A DNA stretch of 40,824 nt. It comes from a virus (taxonomy: Duplodnaviria > Caudoviricetes). Below, one piece after another: positions 16,070 to 25,029 of this stretch (position 1 is the stretch's first letter; each line of letters starts with the position of its first letter). The stretch covers positions 1 through 40,824 of the IMG/VR virus record IMGVR_UViG_3300044724_001955. One strand, written 5' to 3'. Under the pieces are notes generated by a model that worked only from the letters and a program-made list of their open reading frames with translations, was not told where the DNA came from and searched no databases. The position numbers and the translations under genes were made by a program.

Positions 16070-16507
16070 ATGGCAGTTATCGAAGGCAAAGCTTATTGGG
16101 CATCAGTTAGTGTACCTAACATTAAGTTTGAACCAGTGTATACAATCAACTTAGTTATTGACGATCAAGAAGCACAAGAATTTGCTGCTAAAGGATTTAA
16201 AGTTAAGCAGCTAGAAGAAGGGCCTTGCATTGTTATTAAACGAAAAGTTACAAACAAGAAAGGAGTAAAAAATTCTGTACCTAAATTAGTTAATAAAGAT
16301 AAAGAACCTATGAATGAACTGATTGGTAATGGTTCAAGAGTACGTGTTCAATATAAACCGTGGGATGTAAGTAACCAGTATGGAGACTTTCAAGGTTTAG
16401 ACTTACAAGCTGTTCAAGTATTAGAACTTGTAGCTTATGGAGATAGTTCACCAGATGGTGCTGAGTTAGGCATTAAAGAAATCACTTCTGAAGAGGATGA
16501 ATTTTAA
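16070..16507 (+). CDS. Single-stranded DNA-binding protein (T7 gp2.5-like)
   Basis: IGNGSRVRV and LQAVQVLELV motifs; acidic tail ending in Phe (SEEDEF). Confidence 0.8.
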   Translation: MAVIEGKAYWASVSVPNIKFEPVYTINLVIDDQEAQEFAAKGFKVKQLEEGPCIVIKRKVTNKKGVKNSVPKLVNKDKEPMNELIGNGSRVRVQYKPWDVSNQYGDFQGLDLQAVQVLELVAYGDSSPDGAELGIKEITSEEDEF

Positions 16508-16764
16508 TGAGTAATTGGACTTATATTAATGGAGAAAAAAAGTATAACGTAGAGCTTTTAAACTACGATGCTAAGACAGCCTTCAATCATTTAGTTGAAG
16601 TACAAGCAGAAATTCAAATGTTACGTAAGAAAGTAGTTATTTTAGAAGCTGCTGCCATGTCTTTGAACAGTAGTATTCAAAGTAATTTAACAGAAGATGC
16701 TTTGATTGTTGAAGAGACAGAAGAAACTTTACTTGTAGAAGAGGAGGAAGTATCTTTAGAATAA
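16507..16764 (+). CDS. Hypothetical acidic coiled-coil protein
   Basis: 85 aa; coupled to SSB. Confidence 0.7.
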   Translation: MSNWTYINGEKKYNVELLNYDAKTAFNHLVEVQAEIQMLRKKVVILEAAAMSLNSSIQSNLTEDALIVEETEETLLVEEEEVSLE

Positions 16765-16775
16765 GTTAGGCGAAC

Positions 16776-16823
16776 GTTCGGAGGGCGTCCCTATTCTCGG
16801 GGACACCTCCAAACTTTTTTTTT
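16776..16823 (+). terminator. Intrinsic terminator
   Basis: GGAGG-GC-GTCCC...GGGAC-A-CCTCC stem followed by AAAC and a T run. Confidence 0.75.
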
Positions 16824-16838
16824 GCTAGGAGAAGCAGA

Positions 16839-17102
16839 GTGAAAGCAATCGTTCATGTTAATCAACATCATATCAAACATAATAGAAAGCAAGTACTAGA
16901 AACAAATCCTTCCTATAAGCCTGTATTAACTATAAAGATGGGTGGTAAGACTTACTACACAGATGAAGTTAATATAACAGGGCCTTCCAAAATTGTGTAT
17001 TCTCGTAATAAACCTTTGTCATGTGGAGCTGAAGTCTACATTGAGTGTGACTCTAAAGACTTTTATAAGCTTAACACTGTGTCATACAAGGAGATTATAT
17101 AA
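16839..17102 (+). CDS. Conserved phage hypothetical protein
   Basis: 87 aa, GTG start, AGGAG SD; HVNQHHI and KPLSCGA motifs. Confidence 0.75.
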   Translation: MKAIVHVNQHHIKHNRKQVLETNPSYKPVLTIKMGGKTYYTDEVNITGPSKIVYSRNKPLSCGAEVYIECDSKDFYKLNTVSYKEII

Positions 17103-17326
17103 TGATTACACATTTTAATATTGGTTATCATAAGGTTAAAGCAACGGCTGAGTATACAATAGATCCCGGAGATTCTTCTGTGGGATGGCCTGAAGGAATT
17201 GAAATTGGAGAAGTAATACTAAATGGTAAAGTTTTAAATAAAGAACCTAATACATTTTTAACAAAGCAAATTGTAGAGTCTGTAGAAGATGATATGCTTT
17301 GGTTGTTTAGAAAAGGAGAGCTGTAG
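17102..17326 (+). CDS. Hypothetical protein
   Basis: 74 aa; AAGGAG SD; DPGDSSVG motif; coupled on both sides. Confidence 0.7.
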   Translation: MITHFNIGYHKVKATAEYTIDPGDSSVGWPEGIEIGEVILNGKVLNKEPNTFLTKQIVESVEDDMLWLFRKGEL

Positions 17327-18999
17327 TGGCATTCGTTAAGTTTCATGTAGCATGTCCTAAGTGTAAAAGTTCAGACGCTGTGAGTATCAATGACGATGGA
17401 TCAGCAAAGTGTTTTAGTTGTGGAGATTTTATGAAAGATTTTGAAGAACCTTATGAAACAGAAACTAATAAGTTAAGTAGTGTAGTAGCACAAGAACCTA
17501 AGAATAATGTTGTTCACTTTTCTAAGGATGATTACATTGGTATCTTTAGCAATTTAACTGACCGTAAAATTAGGGAAGAGACAGCCAAGAAATATAATGT
17601 AAGAGTTACATTCGATACTGAAGGTAACATCAATGAGCATTACTACCCATACTATTGTGATCGAGAGTTAGTAGGCTACAAAATTCGTAAAGTAAAAACT
17701 AAGAAGTTTGTAGCTCAAGGTAAAATACAATCTGCGGGTTTGTTTGGTCAGTCAATCTGTCAAACAGGTGGAAAGTATATTACGATTACTGAAGGTGAGT
17801 GTGATGCTATGGCAGCTTACGAACTTACAGGTAGCAAATGGTCTTGTGTATCTATTAAGAATGGTGCTCAGTCAGCAACCACAGATATTAAAAAGAATTT
17901 AGAGTTCTTAGAAACATACGACAATGTAATTATTTGTTTTGATAACGACAAAGCTGGTATCGAAGCATCTAATAAAGTTGCAACATTGTTTAAACCTAAC
18001 AAAGCTAAGATCATGACTCTTCCTGTAGGATTTAAGGATGCTAATGATATGCTCAAACAGAACGCCTATCAAGAATTTACAGCAGCGTTCTGGGCAGCTC
18101 GTACTTTTACTCCTACAGGAATTATCAGAGCTTCAGAAAAGCTAGATGAATGGCTACATAGAGATGTGAATGCTTCAGTTGAGTATCCTTGGCAAGGCTT
18201 AAATGAAAAGTTAATTGGGATACGGCAGGGAGAGTTATTAATAGTTGCGGGTGGTACAGGGTTAGGTAAGAGTGCTGTGACTAGAGAGTTGACACATCAT
18301 CTGATAACTAATAGTCCTGACAAGATTGGTATCATAGCTTTAGAAGAAGATTGGAGAAGAACTGTAGACGGTATTGTTTCTGTTGCAGCAAATGATAAGC
18401 TTCATTTAGCAGAAGTAAGAAATAAGTACGATGAAGAACAACTAAGTATTTTATATAATCAAGTATTATCAGAAGATAAAATATTTATACATGCTCACTT
18501 TGGTGTTAACAGCATTGAAGAAACTTTATCTAAGCTAAGGTTTATGATTATTGGCTGCGATTGTAAGTGGATTATAATAGATCATTTGCATATGTTTGTT
18601 TCAGGTTCTGATACTCTTGATGAAAGAAGAACGATTGATAATCTAATGACAAACCTAAGAAGTTTAGCAGCAGAGACTAATGCAGGTATGATCTGTGTAT
18701 CTCACTTAAACAGAGGATCTACTGAAGGACATGAAAACGGTGCTGAAGTTAAGATGCACCACATTAGAGGGTCAGCAGGTATTGCTCATGTAGCTGATTC
18801 TATTATTGCATTAGAAAGAAACCAACAATCTAATGATGTAGTAGAATCTAAGACTACAAGAGTAAGAGTTCTAAAGTCTCGCTACACAGGTAACGTAGGT
18901 CTAGCTGCTCAGCTTTTGTATGATGAAGAAACAGGAAGATTAAACGAAGTTCCTTTAACAGATAAAGATACTTTAGAATTTTCAGATATCCCTTTTTAA
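17326..18999 (+). CDS. DNA primase-helicase (T7 gp4-like)
   Basis: Zn finger CPKC...CFSC, TOPRIM TEGECDA/FDND/KDAND, Walker A GGTGLGKS, IIIDHL and KSRYTG. Confidence 0.95.
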   Translation: MAFVKFHVACPKCKSSDAVSINDDGSAKCFSCGDFMKDFEEPYETETNKLSSVVAQEPKNNVVHFSKDDYIGIFSNLTDRKIREETAKKYNVRVTFDTEGNINEHYYPYYCDRELVGYKIRKVKTKKFVAQGKIQSAGLFGQSICQTGGKYITITEGECDAMAAYELTGSKWSCVSIKNGAQSATTDIKKNLEFLETYDNVIICFDNDKAGIEASNKVATLFKPNKAKIMTLPVGFKDANDMLKQNAYQEFTAAFWAARTFTPTGIIRASEKLDEWLHRDVNASVEYPWQGLNEKLIGIRQGELLIVAGGTGLGKSAVTRELTHHLITNSPDKIGIIALEEDWRRTVDGIVSVAANDKLHLAEVRNKYDEEQLSILYNQVLSEDKIFIHAHFGVNSIEETLSKLRFMIIGCDCKWIIIDHLHMFVSGSDTLDERRTIDNLMTNLRSLAAETNAGMICVSHLNRGSTEGHENGAEVKMHHIRGSAGIAHVADSIIALERNQQSNDVVESKTTRVRVLKSRYTGNVGLAAQLLYDEETGRLNEVPLTDKDTLEFSDIPF

Positions 19000-19011
19000 T
19001 TGGAGTATAAA

Positions 19012-19155
19012 ATGAGCTGTCATTATAGAGAAGCATTAGAAGAAAGCGTATACGATAAAGCTTTACAGATATTTGAGAAAGCTTTAGAAGCTAATATAAT
19101 TACTGAAGAAGAATTTAATTCTTATGTACAAGCTAAAATAGAGGAACTACCATGA
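19012..19155 (+). CDS. Small helical protein (47 aa, below track cut-off)
   Basis: MSCHYREALEESVYDKALQIFEKALEANIITEEEFNSYVQAKIEELP; GGAG SD; ATGA overlap with the next gene. Confidence 0.65.
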   Translation: MSCHYREALEESVYDKALQIFEKALEANIITEEEFNSYVQAKIEELP

Positions 19156-19343
19156 GCGACTTAGTTTTTAAAACAGTAGAACCTCTGCCAAGTATAGACA
19201 AAGGACTACAAACAAGTTTAGAAATTTTAATTGAAAAAAAGTTAGATGATATTTTTGAAAGCGAAAGATTTATACAGTTAGTTTATAAAGCTATTGAAGA
19301 TACAATTGATTTATATAATGAAGAAGCTGAGGAGCTATCATGA
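19152..19343 (+). CDS. Hypothetical acidic protein
   Basis: 63 aa; GAGG SD; ATGA overlaps at both ends. Confidence 0.7.
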   Translation: MSDLVFKTVEPLPSIDKGLQTSLEILIEKKLDDIFESERFIQLVYKAIEDTIDLYNEEAEELS

Positions 19344-19825
19344 ACGATATGTTATATAAAAAGATAGAGGAGCTAGGGCTGTCGGTATGTTCCCTAAATT
19401 GTCTTCACGCTGAGAAAATTACTTTAGTTAGTGAGCTTGTTAAGTTAACAGAAAAACAGGTTTTAAAAACTCGCAACATAGGTAAAAAACAGTTGACGGA
19501 AATAAAAGGTGTTCTTGCTAGGCATGGACTAGAGTTGGGTACTCATGTACCTGCTGAAGGAACCGAAGTAAAGATTGACCTAGACGCAGACTATATTCTT
19601 CAGGCTTACACAAGAGAGTATAAGAATATAAATAACGTCTATAGACAGACAGGAAAGAAGGATATAATTGCCTGTATCACTACATTCAAACATTATGAAG
19701 AGCCAGCAGAACAGCTCCAAGGTATATTAAATTTGAGGGAGGCGCTGCTTAGAGCATACGAGTTCTACCCTGATGGTGAGGTAGTTGTGGAGTTAATTAT
19801 AAAGGATGAGATGGTGAACGTATGA
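19340..19825 (+). CDS. RNA polymerase alpha-subunit C-terminal domain fused to an unknown domain
   Basis: IEELGLSVCSLNCLHAEKI...LKTRNIGKKQLTEIKGVLARHGLELG aligns without gaps to E. coli RpoA VDDLELTVRSANCLKAEAI...[26 protein letters not shown]. Confidence 0.85.
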   Translation: MNDMLYKKIEELGLSVCSLNCLHAEKITLVSELVKLTEKQVLKTRNIGKKQLTEIKGVLARHGLELGTHVPAEGTEVKIDLDADYILQAYTREYKNINNVYRQTGKKDIIACITTFKHYEEPAEQLQGILNLREALLRAYEFYPDGEVVVELIIKDEMVNV

Positions 19826-20085
19826 ATATTGATACCGATGCAGACTATGTGCTTGAGGCGTACTGGTGGTCACATAAGTTAGTAAACAATGTAGTAAAAA
19901 AGAACAAGAAATTTGTGCTTGCTTGTATTACTGCCTATAGAGATTACGAAGATGAGCTGGGTGAGAATATTCAGCTTCAGCAAATGATAACCTTAAGAGA
20001 TAAATTAATTGAAACATACGAACATCACCCTGATGGTGAAGTCTGTGTTGAGTTAACTATTAGACAGGAGTTCGTAAACGGATGA
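19822..20085 (+). CDS. Stand-alone paralog of the C-terminal domain of the alpha-CTD fusion
   Basis: IDxDADYxLxAY...ACIT...QLQ...LR..L...YE..PDGEV.VEL.I..E.VN shared with the upstream gene. Confidence 0.8.
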   Translation: MNIDTDADYVLEAYWWSHKLVNNVVKKNKKFVLACITAYRDYEDELGENIQLQQMITLRDKLIETYEHHPDGEVCVELTIRQEFVNG

Positions 20086-20228
20086 ACATTGACATAGATA
20101 TTTTTGATTGCTTAGTTGATACTGTTGAAAGAACAACAGACTTAGAAGGTGTTTACAACGATAAGACTGGGAAGTTTTTTACATGGGAAGAAATTTATAA
20201 AGCAAGGGAAGAAAATAATGCTTATTAA
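20082..20228 (+). CDS. Small hypothetical protein (48 aa, below track cut-off)
   Basis: MNIDIDIFDCLVDTVERTTDLEGVYNDKTGKFFTWEEIYKAREENNAY; AGGAG SD; ATGA overlap. Confidence 0.65.
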   Translation: MNIDIDIFDCLVDTVERTTDLEGVYNDKTGKFFTWEEIYKAREENNAY

Positions 20229-20484
20229 TTTAGACTTGGACACAGTAGATGCAATCGGTATAGAGTTTGTTAAAGAATCCTATGTGGGATTACTTGAAAC
20301 ATTCAGTGGGTATGATCCTGAAAACGCTGACCATAAAGAAGATTTTTATAACGATGAGTGGAGGGTTGAATGCTTTGAAACTGTTTTGAAATACATACTA
20401 CCTAAAGGAGAATCACATGCGTTTATTGCGGGACAAAGGCAGAAACATCTTAGCCAGATTGACCTCTTTATCAGCAGGTATTAA
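20218..20484 (+). CDS. Hypothetical protein
   Basis: 88 aa from ATG 20218 (AAGGGA upstream), preferred over the GTG at 20149. Confidence 0.65.
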   Translation: MLINLDLDTVDAIGIEFVKESYVGLLETFSGYDPENADHKEDFYNDEWRVECFETVLKYILPKGESHAFIAGQRQKHLSQIDLFISRY

Positions 20485-20500
20485 AGAGGTTTGGGAAGAC

Positions 20501-20596
20501 ATGACGGCGGGTGAGTTAAATGAGAACGAAAGAACTTATATTAAAACATCTGCTGTTGTGTTCTTATTATTTTTTTATGTATGGGTAACGATATGA
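20501..20596 (+). CDS. 31-aa single-TM peptide
   Basis: MTAGELNENERTYIKTSAVVFLLFFYVWVTI; stop overlaps the polymerase ATG (ATGA). Confidence 0.5.
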   Translation: MTAGELNENERTYIKTSAVVFLLFFYVWVTI

Positions 20597-22335
20597 AACT
20601 AGTTTTTGATATAGAAACTGATGGGTTACAAGCTACAAAAATATGGTGTATTGTAGCTAAAGATTTAGACACTAAAGAAATTTTTAAGTTTGATCCTTCA
20701 TCTATTAAAGAAGGTTTAAAGCTGCTTGAAAAAGCAACGTTACTAGTAGGTCATAATATATTAGGCTTTGATATTCCTGTACTAGAAAGATTGACTGATA
20801 TAAATTTTAAAAATAAAAAGATAATTGACACATTAGTTTTATCACGTTTAGCTAATCCAGAAAGAGGAGGGCATAGCTTAAAGCAGTGGGGGTTTACTTT
20901 AGATTTTTTAAAAGGAGACATGCAGGAAACAGGATTTACAGAGTACAGTCTTGACATGTTAAAGTATTGTGTAAATGATGTAGAGTTAAATGCTTTAGTA
21001 TTTGAAGAACTTATTAAAGAGTTAGCTGATTTTGATCAGAAGTCTATTAACCTAGAGCATGAAGTATCTTTAGTATTAAAGGATCAAGAGAAGCATGGCT
21101 TTTTGTTTGATGTTCCTAAAGCAACTGTATTGTTGGCTGAGTTAAATGAAAGAAAAACAACTATTGAAGACACAGTTAAAACAGTATTTAAACCTAAATT
21201 GATAACTATAAAGACCGTTGTTCCTAGAATGAAACAAAATGGTGAGCTTTCTAAATCTGGGTTAACTACTGAAGAGTACGAAAGTATTTTAAAAAAGTCT
21301 AAAGAGACTATGCTGTTTCCGTTTGATAGGAAAAAATTAGAAGAGTTTAATCTTAATTCTAGAAAACAAATAGGAGAATACTTACAGGATTTTGGTTGGA
21401 AGCCTAAAGAGTTTACTCCTAATGGTCAGCCTAAAGTAGATGAAAGAACTTTAAAAACTGTTAAAGATATTCCAGAAGCAAACTTAATTGGTACATTTTT
21501 AATGTTGCAAAAAAGAATTGCTCAAGTAAACTCTTGGTTTGATAATCTAAAAGAAGACAATAGAGTACATGGGTACGTTGTTTCTAACGGTGCAGTTACT
21601 GGAAGAATGTCACACTTTAAACCTAACATGGCTCAGATTCCAGCAAGCTATAGCCCATACGGAAAAGATTGCAGGAGTTGTTGGATTGTACCTAATAATT
21701 ATAAGCTTGTTGGTATTGATGCTTCTGGGTTAGAATTAAGAATGCTTGCACATTATATGAATGATGAGGAATATACTAATGAAATACTCACAGGAGATAT
21801 ACACACAGCAAATCAAAAACTTGCAGGACTTGAATCAAGAAATCAGGCAAAGACTTTCATCTATGCGTTTCTATACGGAGCAGGAGATGGAAAACTTGGA
21901 GAAGTGGTCAAAGGAAGTAGAAGAGATGGTAAAGAATTACGAAAACGTTTTCTATCTAATCTTCCATCACTTGCAACTCTTAAAAGTAGAGCTGAAAGAG
22001 CGGCGTCAAAAGGATACCTTAAAGGATTAGACGGTAGAAAAGTTAAAATAAGACATGAACATGCTTCTTTGAATACCTTACTTCAAAGCGCAGGAGCTAT
22101 AGTAATGAAACAAGGTTTAGTATTGCTGAACAACAAGATTAAAAATAATAAGTACCCTGCTTATTTTGTAGCTAATATACATGATGAATGGCAATTAGAA
22201 GTTGCTGAAGATTATGTAGAAACAATAGGAAGTTCTGGAGTTTCAGCTATCAGAGAAGTTAGTTCTATTTTTAATTTAAGATGCCCTTTAGATGGTGAAT
22301 ATAAAGTAGGAGAAAACTGGAGTGAAACCCACTAA
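20593..22335 (+). CDS. DNA polymerase family A with 3'-5' exonuclease (T7 gp5-like)
   Basis: ExoI FDIET, GHNILGFD, motif A IDASGLELR, motif B RNQAKTFIYAFLYGAG, motif C IHDE. Confidence 0.95.
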   Translation: MKLVFDIETDGLQATKIWCIVAKDLDTKEIFKFDPSSIKEGLKLLEKATLLVGHNILGFDIPVLERLTDINFKNKKIIDTLVLSRLANPERGGHSLKQWGFTLDFLKGDMQETGFTEYSLDMLKYCVNDVELNALVFEELIKELADFDQKSINLEHEVSLVLKDQEKHGFLFDVPKATVLLAELNERKTTIEDTVKTVFKPKLITIKTVVPRMKQNGELSKSGLTTEEYESILKKSKETMLFPFDRKKLEEFNLNSRKQIGEYLQDFGWKPKEFTPNGQPKVDERTLKTVKDIPEANLIGTFLMLQKRIAQVNSWFDNLKEDNRVHGYVVSNGAVTGRMSHFKPNMAQIPASYSPYGKDCRSCWIVPNNYKLVGIDASGLELRMLAHYMNDEEYTNEILTGDIHTANQKLAGLESRNQAKTFIYAFLYGAGDGKLGEVVKGSRRDGKELRKRFLSNLPSLATLKSRAERAASKGYLKGLDGRKVKIRHEHASLNTLLQSAGAIVMKQGLVLLNNKIKNNKYPAYFVANIHDEWQLEVAEDYVETIGSSGVSAIREVSSIFNLRCPLDGEYKVGENWSETH

Positions 22336-22714
22336 TGATAAAGCTAGTAAACGAAGACAAAGATATTTACAAAAAGAAATAATGCCTAATGGTAGAGCAT
22401 ATATTTTAACGTTAATACGAACAACAAGAACAAGAGCAAAGAAAAAAAATATTTATTTTGATTTATGTTTTGAAGATATTGACATGCCTTTGTTATGCCC
22501 TATCTTAAATATTAAATTTCAAGTAGGTAGAGAAACATGGTATAACTCTCCATCAATAGATAGGATTGACAATACACAAGGCTATACTAAAGACAATATT
22601 ATTATTGTTTCTATGATGGCTAACTCTATAAAAAACCAAGCAACCCCTTTACAGATTAGACAGGTTGCAGACTTTTATGAAAATCTTTATAAGGAAAGAA
22701 ATGAAAAATCTTGA
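22322..22714 (+). CDS. HNH-type endonuclease (free-standing, homing-endonuclease-like)
   Basis: CPIL...SPSIDRIDNTQGYTKDNIIIVSMMANSIKN motif. Confidence 0.8.
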   Translation: MKPTNDKASKRRQRYLQKEIMPNGRAYILTLIRTTRTRAKKKNIYFDLCFEDIDMPLLCPILNIKFQVGRETWYNSPSIDRIDNTQGYTKDNIIIVSMMANSIKNQATPLQIRQVADFYENLYKERNEKS

Positions 22715-23540
22715 TACTTTAGTGGGCGATATCTATAAAAGTATAGAGCCTTTGACAAATAATAAATCCTTGAAAATTTCAGAAGATACAATTAATTCTT
22801 TTGGAGAAAGTATGAAAGATGTTTTACGTCATTGGTCTAAGGCTCAAGATGTAAATAAAGATAGCATACGAATGTCTAGTATAGGTAGACCATTAAGGCG
22901 TATGTGGTATGATGCAAAGTATCCTAGTAAAAATAAAAATGAAGATTCGTTTTTACCTATTAAATTTTTATATGGTCATATCTTAGAAGAAGTTCTTTTA
23001 TTGTTGGTAGAATTAGCTGGGCATAAAGCAACAGACAAGCAGAAGCAAGTAAATCTTAATGGAGTAAAGGGCCACATTGATTGTAAAATTGACAATGAAA
23101 TTATAGATATTAAGACAGCTTCTAACTTTGCATTTAATAAATTTAAAAAAGGTACGTTAGCTGATGACGATCCTTTTGGATACCTTGCTCAGTTATCTGG
23201 ATACGAAGAAGCTGAAGGCACAAGCAATGGCGGCTTCCTTGTTATTAATAAAGAAAGCGGTGAGTTAGTACTACATCGTCCTGAAGAATTAGATAAGCCT
23301 AACAGCTTTAATTTGATTACAAAGATTAGAAAATCTTTAGAAGAAGAAAGTCCTCCTGAAAAATGTTACGATCCTATTCCAGAAGGTAAGTCAGGTAACT
23401 TAAAGTTAGATAAGAATTGTAGTTACTGTCCTCATAAGTTTAGATGCTACCCTTCAATAAGAGTGTTTAACTACTCTAAAGGATATGTGTATTTTACAAA
23501 AATTGTAAGCGAACCAAAGGTACAAGAAGTATGGTTATAA
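22701..23540 (+). CDS. PD-(D/E)xK exonuclease (Cas4/RecB-like)
   Basis: GHIDC...IIDIKTAS, YLAQLSGY and C-terminal CSYCPHKFRC; start at 22701 (AAGGA SD). Confidence 0.85.
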   Translation: MKNLDTLVGDIYKSIEPLTNNKSLKISEDTINSFGESMKDVLRHWSKAQDVNKDSIRMSSIGRPLRRMWYDAKYPSKNKNEDSFLPIKFLYGHILEEVLLLLVELAGHKATDKQKQVNLNGVKGHIDCKIDNEIIDIKTASNFAFNKFKKGTLADDDPFGYLAQLSGYEEAEGTSNGGFLVINKESGELVLHRPEELDKPNSFNLITKIRKSLEEESPPEKCYDPIPEGKSGNLKLDKNCSYCPHKFRCYPSIRVFNYSKGYVYFTKIVSEPKVQEVWL

Positions 23541-23800
23541 AAAGTAAAAAGCAAAGGTTAAACTATAAGATAGTTTCTTTATCATTAGATTGGTTAGAAG
23601 ATATTCTTCCTGATAATAATAAAACAGTACTTGAAAAATTAGAAATGCTTCCTACAGAAAAGTATTACACTGTTGTAGGTCAACGCAGATTAAATTCTTA
23701 TACTTATAAGTGGTTTAAGAAAAGAGTATTGTCTTTGTTGAAGAAAGATAAATCTAAAACTATTGAAAGTATAACATTAAAAGAAGTCTTAGATGAGTAA
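23531..23800 (+). CDS. Hypothetical basic protein
   Basis: 89 aa; overlaps both neighbours. Confidence 0.65.
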   Translation: MVIKSKKQRLNYKIVSLSLDWLEDILPDNNKTVLEKLEMLPTEKYYTVVGQRRLNSYTYKWFKKRVLSLLKKDKSKTIESITLKEVLDE

Positions 23801-24218
23801 AAGATCTCCTAGAGTAAAGCGCCCTGTTGAGAAAAAGGTTCCGAAAGGATACGATTCTAAATGGGAATCTCAGTTACATAAATCTATTTTAAAAAATTGG
23901 GATCTTCATTCTGAAAAAGTTCCTTACATTGTAGAGCATACGTACAACCCAGATTTTATTAGAGTTGTAGATGGTCGTAAGATCTTATTAGAATCTAAAG
24001 GAAGATTTTGGGATCATGCAGAGTACAGTAAGTATATTTGGATTACTAAAGTATTACCTGAAGATACTGAACTAGTATTTTTGTTTGCTTCCCCCTTTGC
24101 GCCAATGCCTCAAGCGCGTCGTCGCAAAAACGGAACCAAACTAAGTCATTCAGAATGGGCTGATAAGAATAAAATTCTATGGTTTTCTGAAAAAACTTTC
24201 CCGGAGGAATGGAAATGA
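23793..24218 (+). CDS. Endonuclease I / Holliday junction resolvase (T7 gp3-like)
   Basis: YDSKWE, YNPDF, LLESKG and EWADK motifs. Confidence 0.85.
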   Translation: MSKRSPRVKRPVEKKVPKGYDSKWESQLHKSILKNWDLHSEKVPYIVEHTYNPDFIRVVDGRKILLESKGRFWDHAEYSKYIWITKVLPEDTELVFLFASPFAPMPQARRRKNGTKLSHSEWADKNKILWFSEKTFPEEWK

Positions 24219-24559
24219 ATCGACATACAAAAAATAAAATTAATGAAGCTACACCAGAAGATTGGGAATCTGTAAAATGGTTACAAACAGCAACTAGTAA
24301 AAGTAGTGGAGACGTAGATAGCGTAGTTAATAATCCTGCACATTACAATAAAGGAGGTATTGAATGCATCGACGGCATAGAAGCAATGCTGACAAAAGAA
24401 GAGTTTATAGGCTACTTACGAGGAAACAGCTTGAAGTACCGCTGGAGATTTCCGTACAAAAACGGAATAGAAGATTTAAAGAAAGCAGATTGGTACGAAA
24501 ATAAATTACTTGAGTTTCTTACTACTGTAAATTACAAAGAGACAAGAAATGATGGATAA
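24215..24559 (+). CDS. DUF3310 protein (T7 gp1.7 nucleotide-kinase-like)
   Basis: VNNPAHY..GGIECID, GNSLKYRWR and KNGIEDLKKADWY motifs; GGAGG SD. Confidence 0.85.
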   Translation: MNRHTKNKINEATPEDWESVKWLQTATSKSSGDVDSVVNNPAHYNKGGIECIDGIEAMLTKEEFIGYLRGNSLKYRWRFPYKNGIEDLKKADWYENKLLEFLTTVNYKETRNDG

Positions 24560-24707
24560 AAATTATTTAGATTTAAAGAGTGAAAGGAGAAACAAGTATA
24601 CGAAAAAAAGTAATACCAAACATGTTAAGAAATTAAAAAAATCAAAGAAGTCTAAAAAAGAAAAATTAGATTACATAGAATATAAAGAAATATTAAAGGA
24701 TTTATAA
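24549..24707 (+). CDS. Small Lys-rich protein (52 aa, below track cut-off)
   Basis: MMDKNYLDLKSERRNKYTKKSNTKHVKKLKKSKKSKKEKLDYIEYKEILKDL fills the gap; TAATG coupling. Confidence 0.6.
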   Translation: MMDKNYLDLKSERRNKYTKKSNTKHVKKLKKSKKSKKEKLDYIEYKEILKDL

Positions 24708-25018
24708 TGAAGTTATTAGCCTTCGTAAGTAAAAATTTACCTAATGATTTATTAGTAGTTACCTCTGTTATAGGATTAGTTTGTTCAGCTTTATATTTTA
24801 TATTTGATCAACCATTTTACGCAGTACTATCTATTGCTAGTCTTGTGTTTTATTTTTTAAATGATTTTATTATTTTTTCAAAGTTCTTATATCTTTATCC
24901 CGCAGAAACACAAGTAACATCAGCAGAAATAATAAAAGAAAAATTAATTATTATAGTTTCAAATTTAACTTCTCTTATTGTTGTGTTTATGTTTTTAGAG
25001 ACACGATATATTAGTTAA
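24707..25018 (+). CDS. Membrane protein (about 3 TM helices)
   Basis: 103 aa, three hydrophobic stretches, very AT-rich. Confidence 0.65.
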   Translation: MKLLAFVSKNLPNDLLVVTSVIGLVCSALYFIFDQPFYAVLSIASLVFYFLNDFIIFSKFLYLYPAETQVTSAEIIKEKLIIIVSNLTSLIVVFMFLETRYIS

Positions 25019-25029
25019 GGAGATTTTAT

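Noticed and set aside
19340-19825. Host rpoA fragment or assembly chimera
   Set aside because: No alpha N-terminal domain or ribosomal-protein neighbours; it is coupled by ATGA overlaps to phage genes and fused to a phage domain.
15664-22030. Short nested or antisense ORFs (15664, 17128, 17868, 18854, 20751, 21761)
   Set aside because: Shadows of DUF932, primase-helicase, polymerase and neighbouring genes.
22701-23540. Cas4-like nuclease as part of a CRISPR system
   Set aside because: Its context is a phage replication module, where such exonucleases are routine.
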